The notes under the pieces: model-generated
Told to the model about the DNA's origin: nothing
Database searches by the model: none
The model's input: the letters and a program-made list of their open reading frames with translations, nothing else
Part shown: piece by piece, positions 63,636 through 64,000 of the stretch
How positions within the stretch are numbered: the stretch's first letter is position 1
Layout of the letters: each line of letters starts with the position of its first letter
NCBI GenBank assembly: GCA_963847705.1
Contig: CAWKBC010000014.1
Coordinates: forward strand, 224,001 to 288,000
Length of the DNA stretch: 64,000 nucleotides
Direction: 5' to 3'
From: an uncultured Pseudomonadota bacterium
GTDB lineage: Bacteria; Myxococcota_A; Polyangia; Fen-1088
Made by a program: the position numbers and the translations under genes

Positions 63636-64000
63636 ATGCCGATGAGCAACGAAGAGCGCCGCGCGCTCGACCAGCAGATGGTCGAGGCGGCGTTCGTTTG
63701 CGATCTGAGGCGGGTCCGGACGTTGCTCGCCCGTGGAGCCGACCCGAACGCCCGCGACGACGAAGGGCGCACGCCGATCTTCTCGGCGGTGCTGGGCGGC
63801 AGCGTGGGCCTCCTGGGATTGTTGCTGGAAACGAAGGCCGACGTGAACGCCCGCGACCCGCATGGCGCCACCGCGCTGCATGTCGCTGCCGAAGAGGTCC
63901 TGCCCGAGGCCGCGACCCTGCTCATTGGGCGCGGCGCTGACGTGAACGCTCAGGACGAGGAGGGAAACACGCCGCTCAGCCGGGCCATCTTCTCGGCACG
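63636..64000 (+). CDS. Ankyrin-repeat protein, truncated by the window end
   Basis: Manual translation gives GADPNARDDEGRTPI, ADVNARDPHGATALH and GADVNAQDEEGNTPL. Confidence 0.9.
   Translation, partial: MPMSNEERRALDQQMVEAAFVCDLRRVRTLLARGADPNARDDEGRTPIFSAVLGGSVGLLGLLLETKADVNARDPHGATALHVAAEEVLPEAATLLIGRGADVNAQDEEGNTPLSRAIFSA

Overview
This is GC-rich bacterial chromosomal DNA. Gene content suggests Myxococcota/Polyangia (inference): Gly/Thr-tethered lipoproteins, a TonB-C-fused TonB-dependent receptor, and two sigma54 two-component systems. I saw no rRNA, tRNA, CRISPR array or intact mobile element. Left to right: Omp85-like OMP; FAD amine oxidase, hpnA-like epimerase and squalene synthase; TBDR-lipoprotein-exbBD-tonB; beta-helix glycosidase; aceEF-lpdA; CE15 glucuronoyl esterase; ahcY; WD40 and PEBP lipoproteins; an RND pump split by three 72-bp palindromic repeats; NCS2-like and KimA-like transporters; GFA/GlxA; carbonic anhydrase; a C39 peptidase with a double-glycine precursor; MHS transporter and porin; RDD/LamG genes; and a sigma54 TCS. 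The best candidate novel system is at 55.6-63.4 kb. It is a tightly coupled operon of a GspS/YgiC-like ATP-grasp ligase, a lipoprotein with a YgiB-like RxGxxG..GGFGG tail, and two 2OG-Fe(II) oxygenases. It appears co-regulated with a secreted Gly/His/Trp-rich protein and an HK/NtrC-type pair, through two sigma54 promoters that share a 32-bp tandem-palindrome enhancer. Five single-base-insertion frameshifts, two of them in lpdA, are most likely sequencing or assembly errors.
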